64,000 nucleotides of DNA from Octopus sinensis (GCF_006345805.1 NC_043005.1:105338001-105402000); one strand, 5' to 3'. Counted from the first letter of the stretch, positions 24,851-38,659 are shown. The notes: generated by a model not told the origin, from the letters alone. Translations and numbers: made by a program.

Positions 24851-25425
24851 GTTGTTGTTGTTGTTGAATGAGAGAGGAGTACATGCTATCAAAGTGACAC
24901 TGGGGTAAAATATACGAAGCCCAGTATACCCATCATGACTACCCATATGATAAGGGTACACCAAGCACATGCATCACAACTATATGTGTACAACATGGTG
25001 ATCTCATATCAAGATAAACTGTGCAGGACCTTGCAGGTGGGACCCAGATAGAATTTTCTTCAAGTCAAGTAGCCCATTCCACTCAAAAGGTCCCTGAATA
25101 AGGGTTGTTTAAGGATGTTGAAAGAAACACCCATGTTTCCAAAGGTGAATTATTCAAACCCCAAAGAATCCCTCTTAACACATGGCTATGATGCTCTCCA
25201 CTACTTCTGCTCATGATCAGAGATGCACATATCGTCAGCCACTAAGGGACATGCTCAACTGGTTATGGTCAAACAACTGACAAGCAAATCGGTGGTATTG
25301 AGCAGAATATTTGTTGTAGTCCATGTTTTATACCAAGACAAAACAAGTACATGATAGCACTTCCAATCAGTTAAGATCAGAAGCCATGAGAGCCAGTCCC
25401 TGGTACTGTGTCAGGACATTTATTA
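24851..25425 (-). mobile_element. retroposon-like interspersed repeat (family E) with (AAC)n tail
   Basis: GC-richer ~570-bp block bounded by simple repeats; resembles a repeat I recall from octopus; class not resolved. Confidence 0.5.
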
Positions 25426-27344
25426 TTATTATTATTACACATACTTTGTCCTGTACTGTCCATAACGTTTTCCTTAATGTAAACTCTTTGTGGTTAATAA
25501 AGGAACCATTATTATTATTGTTTTACTTCTCAGAGCACTTGGTCTTGTTTGCTCTGATTGATTCTGTGAAAGCGGACAGCAGCTTGTTGTCAGAGGTCGT
25601 TATTAATATTATATTTATTATTATTATCATTGCTGTTGCTGCTACCGACTGTTGTTTTTAGATGTGTTGTTTCATCACTCCAGGAATCAGCTCTTGAATA
25701 TTACCAACGAAAAATTACTTTGGAGTACTTGCTAATTAAGAATTCTTGTTACTTGTGGATGTCTTCCCTCTTCTCCACTATGCAGGCTAGACAAAAATTA
25801 TTTGTTTTTATAGACTTTATATTGTATTCCATCTCATATCAAAATGGTTAATAGTTATGACCCTCAACAAAATGAAAATAATATTCATACAAAACAAATT
25901 TAGTGATAGCACAAAAGTATATTCTAATGCAGAATGAACTCTTACAAAAAAATTTAAAAAATAAAGAATATAATTGAGAAAGAAATGATTTCAGACATTC
26001 ATTATAGGCAATGCATATAGCCACAGGGTTAAAGAATTTAGTTATACCTCTGTTGCATCATCATCATTTAACGTCCATTTTCCATGTTGCTATGGGTTGG
26101 ACCCATGTAGAATATTTAGATGTGACAAGGTTTCTAGAAAAAGTAATTATCTAAGAGATTTGTGTAAAACTAGACAATGTCTCTTTGTCCTGGGTCTAAT
26201 CCAAGAGAAGACAAAGAGAAAAATCACTTACTGTGCTTGAAGAAGGATCACAGTTTCAAATAACTACCATCTCAGCATATCAAGAAATATCAAGAGTTAT
26301 TATCTCATTTGAGAAAGATAACGCTTATGACATTGACTGCTGTACTATTGGGACTGAAGACTCAGCAAAAAAAAATATAAGCTGAGATAGTTAGACACAC
26401 CTCTACCCATACACATGTGTCCTAGTTTTTGGTACAGGGAAATGCATGGGTGATGATACGGGACATTGGAAATGATGTTAATCCTTTGCATCACTATATT
26501 GGTTGATGGCAAGTTCAGAGGTGATGAGAGACAAATGATCAAGAGGATTCAAGATGAATTTGTATGTCATAATGGCACCCTCAAAAGCCACAAGGGTATA
26601 GCAGAGCTGTACCCAGTTGAAGGTGCTGAGACAAAAAGATGGTGCAGTGCAAAAATCCTAGTTGTTATACATATGGTAGTAAAAATTACTAGTGGGACTT
26701 TTACACCCCAACCAGACTCCAAACTGCAAAGTCTAAGAAAGCAGCTGAGGCAGCAACAAGGTAGCAGTCTCTTGAGTTCCATCAATCACAGCACCAAAAA
26801 CATTAAAGGAGACCACCTTATACACCTCATCTCAAGAATAAGGGGACAGACAATCCATCTACCAGACTATATTAACTAGCATCATCACCCCTGTCATCAT
26901 GTGATTATCAGTAAGAGGTGCTGGAGGACCATGAAAAAAGGAACCATTAATGAAAATATAGGAGGTAAAAAAAAAAAAAGGTAGATCTTAAAGAAAGGTG
27001 AATCTTGACAAAAGTGTAAGTTTACTCCCTTTCCCTAGAAGAATGTTACAAGATTTACAGTAATGCAACAGGATACATCAAATATGTGTATCAAAGTGTT
27101 ATACTACTTGATAGGTGAAATATTTGTAGGTAAAGATGAGAATTATAAATATGCAGAAGGCGGAATATTAGTAATATGCTTACAACTGTTATGAGTACAT
27201 GAAAGAAAGGGAAAGGAAGAGTTGTGGGATGCATTGGCTCTCTCTTAGATGAAGAATATTAATATTATTGTTAAATATATATTTTTCCCCCTTCATAATC
27301 CCAGATAACTAAAGGGCTGGTTAGTGGAAGCATAGATATTAAAT

Positions 27345-27726
27345 ATTCCTTTCGTACTCTAGGCACAAGGCCCGAAATTTTGGGGGAGTGGGGCCAGTCA
27401 ATTAGATCAACCCCAGTATGCAGCTGGTACTTAATTTATCAACCCCGAAAGGATGAAAGGCAAAGTTAACCTCGGCAGAATTTGAACTCAGAACGTAAGG
27501 ACAGATAAAATACCTATTTCTTTACTACCAACAAGGGGCTAGGACAGACAAATGGATTAAGTCAATATATATCGACCCCAGTGCATAACTGGCACTTATT
27601 TAATCAACCCTGAAAGGATGGAAGTCAAAATCAACCTCGGTGGAATTTGAACTCAGAGCGTAGTGGCAGACGAAATACCGCTAAGCATGTCACCCAGTGT
27701 GCTAATGTTTCTGCCAGCTTGCTGCC
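27345..27726 (-). mobile_element. SINE-A dimer
   Basis: Same two-unit layout and same junction (gtaaagaaata|ggtattttatctg on the minus strand, at 27514/27515) as the 24455 copy. Confidence 0.85.
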
Positions 27727-29036
27727 TTAATTAATAATGGTTATTAATATTGTTCACATGTGGGGTGAGGAATTGCAAACAAAAGCTTACTCAAGGTATC
27801 ACAAATCACTTCCTAGTTCATCACCATCTTCACTTCTACCATCATCATCATGTTAAACACATCTTAGCCATCATATCTATCTGTATTTCAATCTATCCCC
27901 TTTCTTGCAATGATCCCTGTTACATTAATCATATGTAGAAAGGGTTAAGTTCCCCACTCCTTCCCATCCCACTCACACACTTCATTGTTTCCTTTAGTCA
28001 ACCTAGATGCAAGCCTACTTATAAATCAACAGATCCCAACCCTTGCTATGACTGCCACCCACCCCATTTGTTTTACCTGTCCTGTCCCACTCCTTCCTCC
28101 CTGTCTCTTCATCCATTCTCAACACCTGCTCCAGTGTCACCTCCATTTCCAGTCTCCCACACATTTCAGTTTTCCATGTAGTGTGTGTTGAACACACTCT
28201 ACTACTTCCACCTTGTTTCCTAGCTAAGTGGAGGTAGAAGGTAGTAGAAAGGTAAGCTTTCATTGTTCTTCACACAGAACTACAACACCCCTCTACAGTA
28301 AAGTTTTTTTTTTCATATATATCCTGCTCATTTTCCTATAAAATGTTCCTATAAATGTGTGTGTATGAGTACAGAGTAGTTTTTTTGTACTCATTGTCCC
28401 TTGGTCACAAAGATGGTTTATAAAGAAACACACCCTGCCACTCAGTGAAAAAGACCCACCCCAAACACACACAGACAATAAATAAACTTTAAACAGGCAG
28501 CTGTGAATATTACATGATGAATAAAGAATAAAATATTATTATTAATACTATTGTTGTTGTTTTTTTTTTCTTTTATATTCTGAAAATTTACTAAATGACT
28601 TTGAGTGCTTGCAACAGGTGGTAAAGTTGAAGTTTGTCACTTTTAAAGTTTCAAATGGTTTTGTTTAGAACTGGTAGAGTTATTGTGTTATATGTCCATA
28701 ATTCATATACAAGCACACACACATACACACACACACACACAATGTGTGTGTGTGTACATATACAAATATTTGTGTTTATTAGAAAAATATAGTCATAGAA
28801 GCATAGTAAACAAAAGAGAATGACAACCACCTTAACATGAATTAGCTGGCCTGGCAATATGGTTTGAATAAACTTCAAACTTGTGACAACAATTTCAACT
28901 CTGACATCTGAAAATATTCTCACAGAACACAAAAGGCATTTATGCAAATTATAATCACTTCCAACACACACACACACACACGTATAAAAAGAGATCTATT
29001 TGCAATTTCACTGCAATGGGTTGCTTTGGTATTATA

Positions 29037-29439
29037 TTCTTTTATTTGTTTCAGTCGTCTGACTGCAGCCATGCTGGAGCACAGCCTTTAGTCGAAGAAA
29101 TCGACCTAAGACTTATTTATTGTAAGTCTAGTACTTATTCTATCAGTCACTTATGCTGAACCTCTAAGTTATGGGGATGTAAATGCATCAACATTGGTTG
29201 TCCAGCGATGGTGGGTGGGGACAAACACAGTCACACACACACACACAAATATATATATATATATATGTGTGTGTGTGTATACGACAGGCTTCTTTCAGTT
29301 TCTGTCTCCCAAATCCACTCACAAGGTTTTGGTCAGCCCAAGATTATAGTAGAAGACATGCAAGATGCCATGCAGTGGGACTGAACCCGGAACCATGTGG
29401 TTGGGAAGTAAGCTTCTTACCCTAACCACGCCTGTGCCT
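29037..29439 (-). mobile_element. SINE-B, full length
   Basis: Head aggcacaggcgtggttagggtaagaagc...ccgggttcagtcccactgc; standard body and tail. Confidence 0.88.
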
Positions 29440-30059
29440 TATGTGAAGAAAAAAATGTTTTTGTTGTTATTGTAGGTAGTGTGGATGGCAGCCTTTTTAG
29501 TTGAAATAACCATCTGCTATTTTACTCATAAATATGAATAGAATGTTTTAATGATTGAACTTTTGATTTATATAAATTAATTATTCTCTTTATAACTTTG
29601 AAAAATTGAAATTACTCTTACAATTCGTATATCTATAATTATGCACATCACACATACTGAGTTGTGTGTGTGTGCATTTTCAAAATGTATATGAAAGGGC
29701 CTTTCAGAGTCAGATGTTTTGTTGGCTATAAAAGTAACTGCGCAGAAGGTACCAAAACTGGATGGACTTACATTCAACTGGACAAATATTATGTAGTAAG
29801 GTGATGGAGAAACTTCAAACTTGCTCAAATCATCATTATCATTGTTTTAAGGTCTGTTTTTCCATGCTCACATGTGCATGTTGGAATTTATTAACATGGG
29901 ATTCTTACAGCCAGATAGGTGCCCTTCATGTCACTAACCTTCACTTGTTTCTACGTAAGGTGATTCCTGATCAGACAGGTTTTCAAGGAAGATTGCAAAC
30001 AGAGGTCACTCTGATATAATGATGAGATGGTGCATTTACAACTATCATGCTATGTTAAG

Positions 30060-30245
30060 ACAAAATGACACCAACACACACACATACATGACGAGCTTGT
30101 TTCAGTTTCTGTCTACTCACAAGGCTTTGGTCAGCCCAGTCTATTGTAGAAAACATTTGTTTAAAGTTCAATACAATGAGACTGAACCCAGTACCTTGTG
30201 ATTAAGAAGCAAACTTCTCAACCACACAGCCATGCTTGCACCTAT
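30060..30245 (-). mobile_element. SINE-B head half
   Basis: ttcagtttctgtctactcacaaggctttggtc...gactgaaccc...accacacagcc. Confidence 0.7.
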
Positions 30246-30835
30246 AAATTTACAATTAAATCTGGCAGGGCATTTTAATGTGAGAATAGACACACATGGA
30301 CTTCAAAGAGTACATCTTAACTTGAGTAAATGAAAAATGCTTTTCATAAAGTGCTCAATGAATAATTAAAAGTGTATTAATGAAAGAAAATGTGGTTTAA
30401 TGTGTAGTGATGTACAGCCAAGACATCCAGTATAGTTTAGCTAATAAAAGTTAGAAATGGACATATATACACATATGTACATGTATACATACACATTCAT
30501 TCATACATATACACAAGTACATGTATCAATATGTACAGTCTTCTTCCTCTTTGTGTTCATTTAAATGTTCATGAGTATTACCTTCTGTTCATATACACAC
30601 AACCGCACATGCACAAATACAAACACATACACATATGCGCACTCAGAAAATAGGCTAATTCTTTATAGGAATATATTTTCTCTTTTCTGTACTTTAATAT
30701 CTTCAAGCAATTCAATGAGCCTATTCTTAGATATAAATATACGAATAAGAAAATATTCATATATTACATTAGCACATACAAAAGAAAAAAAGAAAAACGG
30801 AACAAATAAATGCTTCTATATGCACAGGTATGGTT

Positions 30836-31092
30836 GAGAAATCTTCAGTTATAACATCCCTACACCAAAGCCTTTAGATTCTTCTGAAAAGCACCACTAT
30901 CCATGAAAAAATTTAAAATAAAACAAATGTTAATTAATAATGGATATTGGAATAATTTAGCAGTCTAAGTTATACAATAACATAGAAACAAAGTCAATAG
31001 AATAAATGCAAAACTCATAGAAAACACAAGCATACACACTAGACATGGAGTGTGTTGTGTATGAACTAAATGCCTTCTGGCTATAGAATTGA
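30836..31092. repeat. copy 1 of a diverged ~250-bp direct repeat
   Basis: Aligns with 31843-32086 at roughly 75-80% by eye. Confidence 0.8.
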
Positions 31093-31842
31093 TGAAAACG
31101 TTATCATCACAAAACCCCATTAAATCGAATACAACATGCATTACACCCAATCATAAACTAAATGTAATGATATATTACAAGAGCACGAAAATTAAAAATC
31201 TCACCGACAACAAACCATAAAGCAGCATGCAACCAAATAAATTTCAGATGACTAATGTAATTTGTAAATTCAGATAAAAGCATGGAAGTTGTAAACTTCA
31301 TGACTCCAAGACATAAAAAGTACCACCTTTTCTTCTACCCACTTGACTATACATTTTCAGTAAGGCAAAGAAAAAGAAAAATACAGATTGCACATCACAA
31401 ACAAGATGTGTTATCAACCAATTTTTTATTGTATGTAGGATATCTAAACAACTTGAAGACTAAACAAAGAAGCTAAATTAATAGCAAACCATGATACAAA
31501 CTTTACATACAGATCATGTACTGGAGCATCAAAGTAACAAACCTCCAATATAATATTTCCCAATTTTTCTTTTTATACAAGCCTAAGTAAACCAGTCAGA
31601 AAAATGACTAGAATGTCCTGAGTCATTCGCACATTTCCATTTTCTATAATAAAAGAGCCATAACAACCACCTGTACTTTCAATATTTCATAAATAGAGAA
31701 AAAAAAGGTGGGGCAGATTTTAAAATGCTAATGTGGATATTGAGAATTTGTTATTTCAACTAAAATGTGGATGGATGATATTATAGGGAGGAAAAAAAGT
31801 TCATAATAGAAAATTTAAAACATGAGCATAAATGAATAAGAA

Positions 31843-32086
31843 GAAAAATCTTTAGTTATAAAATTCCTACACTAAGGGCTTTTAGACTCTTCCTGAAGCA
31901 CTACTGTACAATGAGAAATTAAGAATAAACAAGTGCTAATTAAGAATAGATAATGGAATAATTTAACAGTCTAAATTGTACAATAATATAGAAACAACAT
32001 TAATACAATAAATGCAAAACCACATAGAAAATACAAACATACAACACACAAAGTGTATTCAATAGGCTTCTTGCCTATTGAATAGA
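31843..32086. repeat. copy 2 of a diverged ~250-bp direct repeat
   Basis: gaaaaatctttagttataaaattcctacac...ggaataatttaacagtctaa...aataaatgcaaaac matches copy 1. Confidence 0.8.
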
Positions 32087-32124
32087 TTCTAAGCTTTTGT
32101 ACTTGTACATGCACACATATATGC

Positions 32125-32450
32125 ATGGTTGTGTGGTTAAGGAATTAATTTCCGAACCAATGCTTTTGGGTTCAGACCCACTTTGTAGCACTTTTGGGCA
32201 AGTGCTTTCCACTGTAACCTTGGGCCAATCAAAACCTGGATTTGGTTGACAGAAACTGAATGAGTTTGTATGTGTGGACCTGTGTCTCCTTGTCTTCACA
32301 TTGCATAATAATTGTGAGTTACACTGCCATACAAGCAATGTCTGTAATTTCTAATTTTCTGTGAAAACATGTTTGAGATTGGAAACAGATGAAGGCTGGC
32401 AATTGGAAGGGCATCCAACTATAGAAAATTGACAAATTTCATCATCTATG
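32125..32450 (+). mobile_element. old SINE with a B-type head and aggaagggcatcc-type 3' part
   Basis: gtgtggttaagg...gggttcagaccc...gggcaagtg...ggaagggcatccaactatagaaaa. Confidence 0.6.
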
Positions 32451-32549
32451 GCTTCTGCATACATCATGAGACTATGGGTCTGCACTTGGAAGTGCCTTCT
32501 TGAATTTGTAGTCCTTAGAAAATATTTTTATTTCTTTTTCTTTTTCTAG

Positions 32550-32726
32550 GAAGAGCTGCATGTATGCAGGAGTCAGCACCACCAATGTTGTCCAAGTGAA
32601 AGACTGGCTGATACAGCTTGGCATCATCATCACAGACATTGCTGTTAGACTACAAAGAGCAAATACTGAATCTGCAGTATCTTTTCTGATACTCCAACAA
32701 CTCTCTCAATCCACTGCCCTGGACAG
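32550..32726 (+). CDS. candidate internal exon, product unknown
   Basis: Strong acceptor tttctttttctttttctag and donor CAG|gtatgt; 177 bp, symmetric phase 2; one open frame (KSCMYAGVSTTNVVQVKDWLIQLGIIITDIAVRLQRANTESAVSFLILQQLSQSTALD). No recognised homology. Confidence 0.35.
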
Positions 32727-32912
32727 GTATGTTATTTATTGACCCCACAAGGATATAAGACAAAAATGGGATCAGCTGGAGCCAAACCAAATCCTGACTC
32801 TCTAATGATTGTCAGTTTACCTCCTGCAGTGCAAATCTAAGTACATATAACTACATGCATATATATATTTACTTATATACATATATGTATGTGTGTGTGT
32901 GTGTGTGTGTGT

Positions 32913-33360
32913 ATCATCATCATCATTTAGCATTCGTATTCCTTGCTGGCATGATTAGATGGCTTGACAGGAGCCAACAAATCCAGGGACCGCACCAGGT
33001 TTCATAGTCTCTTTCTGGCCAGGTTTCTACAGTTGGATGCCCTTCCTAACACCAACCACTTTACAGAGTATACTGGATGCTTTTTACATAGCACCAGCAC
33101 TAATGGTTTTTATGAGCATCAGCACCAATGCTTTTAGCATGACCAGCACCAGTGCTTTTAATGTAGTCCCAACACCAGTGCTCGTAACATGGCACCAACA
33201 ACAGTGCTTTTAAATTGGCACCAGCACCAGTGGTTTTTATGAAGCACTTTGGTTTGAGGATAGCAGTTCCGAATGGGTTTTCTTGAGTACAGCAATGCAC
33301 CACATACCTTGGTCCTTTGACATCTCCCTTGTAAGGCCCAGTCTTTTAAGAACGTATGTT
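32913..33360 (-). mobile_element. old SINE-C with an internal ~23-bp tandem array
   Basis: (CAT)n tail, ggatgcccttcctaacaccaacc core, and about 7 units of gcaccagcaccagtgctttt at ~33085-33250. Confidence 0.7.
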
Positions 33361-35169
33361 TCTTGGGAGGTTCATTATGCGAATAATGATAACACATACA
33401 TTGGTTCAATACCTTTTCTTTATTGTTAGTCAATTGGTTAAATATCTAACCAAGTAACTAATTGATGATTTGCTCAATGTGCTGGTTAAACAATCAATTG
33501 GTTGTCTGAGGGCATGTCATTGAATAGTAACTAAAGGGCTTTGACAAACAACTGATTGCTTAGGTATTGAATTGATTTACTAACAATAAAGAAGTAAAAT
33601 TGAACCAGTGCATGTGTTATTTTACTGGGGTAATGACCCTCCTAAGAACAAGATTTGTTTCAACATACAAATTCATATCAAGAATCTTGCAAGCCAAATA
33701 CATAAACGATGTGTATGCATAATATATATATGTATGTGTGTGTATGTATATATATGTGTGCATATATGTATGTATATATGTATACATATATCTGTATGTA
33801 TGTCTATATGTGTGTGTGCATGTATATATATATATAAATATATATATATATGCATATATTTATATATGTATATCTATATATTAGACACTCCACAATAACA
33901 CAGATACACGCATACATATGGACATATATTTACATATATATGTATATGCACATGTGTGTGTATGTATATATATATAATGAAAATATATGACCACACACAT
34001 TTATAGGGCCATTAAGACATTCAAACAAAAATCATCCCCTGCAACTCACAATTTCCCAAATCAATACATCTATGCATAGAATTGCAAAAATTTCACAGCA
34101 TAATAAAAAGATATGCACTAGAGCACTATATTATAAAATCATTCAATAAATTCCTTGAAATTTACGTGATACAGATAAAGTCAGGAACATTTCTGCTATG
34201 GATGCTGAAAGTTTGTTTATGTACATCCTAGTGATAGAAACTCTCAATATAGTCCTAGATTATGTACTTACACATTTGACACTAAAATCATCCACTACCT
34301 CAGGTTCTCTAACATCTTGAAGTACACGACAATTATGAGTTCCCACTCGTGCTCATATTTTCATCTTTCCAAATGTTTAATGTGGAAAACAAAGTTGTTA
34401 TCAGGTAAAAATCCTACTGTCTGTACCGAGCACAATGTATTTCTTTTGATAAAAATGAGCAAGGAGTTAGTTTCATAGACAATGTGGAAGAGAACTTCAT
34501 CTTTACATGATAAACTAATATAACAACACTCAGCAATTCATTGATTTGGATGTGAGTATAAGTATTAAGCCATACAGTATCTCTGTATAGACTAGAAAAA
34601 GAAGAAAACAAAACTGTGCATCCAGGCACAGAGTGAATGTCCACAGAGATATAAAATATTTGTAGTCAAATGCTTACCTACATGTAAGACAAACATCAGG
34701 TACCTACAGGTATCCCACTAAATTTGTGGACCATACCCTAGAACAGTACAAGATCACATTTAATCACACTGATAAGACATACCTAGCACCGACAAGGTTA
34801 CCAATAACTGTTTGTGGTTGTTTTCTTCTGGTGTTTTTGTATATATATATATATGTATATAGAGAGAAAGATTTTCGAATCTTATTGGATTCTCATCCAA
34901 GTTGTCTCGATGAAGTTGACCAATCTTGAAGAAATAAGCAGCCAATCTATTTATATATTCAACAATTACAGTAACTACAGAAAACTAGGGCTACTAATTT
35001 GCATACCATAAGTGTTAACACTTTTTCAAAGATCAGGGTTCTGCTAACAGGGATCTCAGTCCACACAGTATCTCAAAGTATGATATAATATATGAAAACT
35101 AAATAGTACCTACACATATGGAGGTGCTGTATAATATATATATATATATATATATTACATAGAAGTATA

Positions 35170-35860
35170 AATTTGCTCTGTAGTTATTCTTTCTCTCCCT
35201 GCAGCCACCCACTGTTTCTCCCCACCTTTCTTTCATCATCATCTCTCCACTTTTCATTTTCATTTGGGATCCCTTCACTGCATCACCACCTGGGATGCTT
35301 TCACAACATTCACACTCTGCTGTTGTCCTTCTTCCTACCTCTATGGGACCCTACAGTGTGTCTTTCCCTCATTATACTCACCCACTGCACTCTCAACCTC
35401 TTCCCCTTTTTCTTTCTCTGCCTCTTCCCCACAACTTCTCTTTTTCCTCTACACCACATTTCACCTCACTTAGTCTACTTGTACAACCTGAACACTTTCC
35501 TTTCCTTCAACAATTCTCCACCCCAGTCTATTGTTCTCTTCCGATACCCTTTCCCACTCACCATTCTATATTCATCCTTGTGTAGGATTATCCTAGACTA
35601 CTCTACAACTCACACTGTTATCTTTCCACTCTTTTCTGTATAACCCCTGTCCCCAATCCCTTTCCTCTCTTCAGTTCTCTTCCATACACTTCACTCTCCA
35701 ATTAGTGCCTACCCTGCTACACTGTTACTCATTCAATTACCAATTTTATCGCAAGTGTAAATCTGTCCCTTTCATCTTACCTTCCTTGGCAATCACTTAC
35801 TCTCTTTTCTACTCTTCTTCAATTATTGGGGTCATTTAAGATCCTTACCCTTGCAAGTTA
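35170..35860 (+). repeat. C/T-rich repeat remnant, unclassified
   Basis: Long pyrimidine-skewed non-microsatellite tract; similar tracts at ~1020-1500, 19380-19870 and 27950-28260. Confidence 0.35.
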
Positions 35861-35896
35861 GATAGCAATCATCAAGAGTGCTAATGCCACAAAAAG

Positions 35897-36057
35897 AAGT
35901 ACACTCTTGAAAGTGGCTAGCCTTAGGAAGGGCATCCAGCCATAGAAACCATGTCAGAGTACACAGTAGAGTCAAACCCAGTTTCTAACTTATTAGATTC
36001 TGTCAAACCATGAGGGAAGCCAAACATTAAGTGATGTTTTTGATGATGATGATGACA
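35897..36057 (+). mobile_element. old SINE-C 3' part
   Basis: ccttaggaagggcatccagccatagaaaccatg...gatgatgatgatg. Confidence 0.6.
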
Positions 36058-37663
36058 CATAGATATGTGCACATGCATAGATATATCCATGCATTTTATA
36101 TATTATACATAATTTTCTATTGTATTCATATGTGTGTATGTATGTGTGGGCATATGCATATGAGTACATATATTTACACTTATATATACACATTCATATA
36201 CATGCGCACATATATACACATAAACACACACGTAAATCATATTTTTTCTCTGTCATTTCATTCATTTTCATACACACACACACACACACTTAGCTCGTAT
36301 AGATTTAAATATTTCATATAAACACTATTACTTGAACATATATTTCCAGTGTGATCTATCTCTCTCACTAATATTTAAATGCATACTCATAGATAAAGAC
36401 ACAGCCACCACCCATCTCTGAATACAAGCCTAACCCATTAATATCATTTAAAAAGTCTGTTTGACAAAGTGCCTGATGTTTTCATAATTATTTTCCTCAA
36501 TGATAAACTATCTAAGAAAATGTTAATTATGATAATAACAATAGAAAATGTTATCACATGATGCTGCTAATGTATAACACAGAGTTTCTAGAAGTTTCAA
36601 TAAAATTGCTAGAATTTTCTTCTTTAGAATTATTTTCCTGTTGTGAAGAATGGAATATATAAAATATTCAGAAAATATATATTTTAGACTGACTCAAAGA
36701 ATTTTGATCTGCATCTGCTGTAGGCTTGGCAGTGTGATTAAAAAGCTTGCTTCCCAAACATGTCTTACCACACTGCACATTGGGAAATTATCTTCTACTA
36801 TAGTGTCAGGCCAACCAAAGCCTTGCAAGTGTTTTTTTTTGAAGCTGAAAAAACAGAAGCTCATCATGTGTGTGTGTGTGTATATATATATATGTATGTA
36901 TATATATATATATGTATGTATGTATGTATATATATATATATATATATATGTATGATAGGTGCAGGAGTAGCTGTGTGGTAAGTAGCTTACTTACCAACCA
37001 CATGGCTATGGAAAATTCTACCGAACAAACATTTGGAAATATGTGGAGAAGGAAAATTCAAAGTTCCAAAAGGTAATGGAACTATGCTTCACAAAAGAGA
37101 TCCTCAACAAAAAATAACATAACTATATTTTTTTAAATTCCACCTATGAGAGTTCTATATGAATTTGATTGTATATATGTTAAAGATGATCTTAAACCAT
37201 TGCTAAAACCTTGTTGGACCTTGCAAAACACTCCAAATTCCGAAATTCTATAAGAATAGATTCTTTCCCTCTTCTGTACTTGGCTCGCTTTCTCTTTTAG
37301 AAAATTCTACATTAGAGCTTTAAAATATATTCAAAACAAAACAGCCAACCAGAAATAGATAAATTTGGAAATATAATTGTGATAGCATTGTATATTACTT
37401 TTTTTTTAAATTCCATTTTGCAGTCTGAAGGACAAATTCTTGGACAAAAATCAAGAGTAGTGGCTGAAATAACCAAAACTTTCCAAATTTATTTAATCAC
37501 AGAGATGAATCTTTAATTATATTAATTAATTATTTAAAAAATCCTAATGTGTACTTATGTATATGTGGTGTATGTCTGTGTGCACAAATATGAACATGTG
37601 TGTATACAGATGTCTTTGAATGTGTGTATGTTTATATATATATATGTGTGTGTGTGCATGTAC

Positions 37664-37701
<38 letters not shown>

Positions 37702-38253
37702 TTGCTGTGTGAGTATATAGTGAACTCAAAAATCACTCTTTCGAAAACATCTAGAATTTCAATGAAAAAAAGTTGACCACATCCTTACAACTATTCTTTA
37801 ACGAATACAAAAGAACAAGACCTGAAACTGTAATTATAATTTTTACTGAAGAATGTCAAAAACTTCATCTCAGTTTTCAATTAAAACCTTGACCAATTCA
37901 AATACAAAAATTCTTTCTCCTTCCCCAAGTTAAAAGGTCACTAAATACTAAATAAACAAGTCTGATCATACCAATACAAAAGCCCTCAAAAATTTTTTTA
38001 TTCTTTCTTCGCCCTTGCTTGGCAAACCCCACAAAATTCTTTATATTTAAAAAGGCCAAAAAATCTAACTTTAAACCACTCTTTGATAAATCCGATAAAG
38101 GAAGAAGGTGCTAAAAATGTAAATAAAATGTAAACATATATATAATCATCCAACACTCTGACTACCTTATTATTCTAAATATACAATATCTGTACATCAC
38201 TTCAAACTCTCTTTCTTTCTCTCTCTCTCTCTTTTTTTATATATACATATACC

Positions 38254-38600
38254 AACTGGCTCCTGTGCCGGTGGCACATAAAAAGACCATCCGAACGTTG
38301 CCAGCGCCGCCTTGGCTGGCTTCTGTGCCGCTGGCACGTTAAAAGCTCCAACCGATCGTGACCGATGCCGGACCCTCCCCCTGGCACCTGTGCAGGTGGC
38401 ACGTAAAAAGCACCCACTACACTCGCGGAGTGGTTGGCGTTAGGAAGGGCATCCAGCCGTAGAAACTCTGCCAGATCAGACTGGAGTCTGGAGCAGCCCC
38501 TGGCTTCCCAGACCCTGGCTTCCCAGACCCCGGCCGAATCGTCCAACCTGTGCTAGCGCGGAAAACGGACGTTAAACGATGATGATGATGATGATGATAC
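38254..38600 (+). mobile_element. SINE-C, young, with ~60-65 bp internal tandem units
   Basis: gtggcacgtaaaaagc units, gttggcgttaggaagggcatccagccgtagaaa core, (GAT)n tail; 15-bp tandem duplication at 38499-38528. Confidence 0.85.
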
Positions 38601-38604
38601 ACAC

Positions 38605-38659
<55 letters not shown>

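Noticed and set aside
25534-25595. Exon EHLVLFALIDSVKADSSLLSE
   Set aside because: Good acceptor but weak donor (gtcgtt) and no homology.
26466-26879. 137-aa ORF as a gene
   Set aside because: No recognisable domain or splice context; more likely decayed TE sequence, which I cannot classify.
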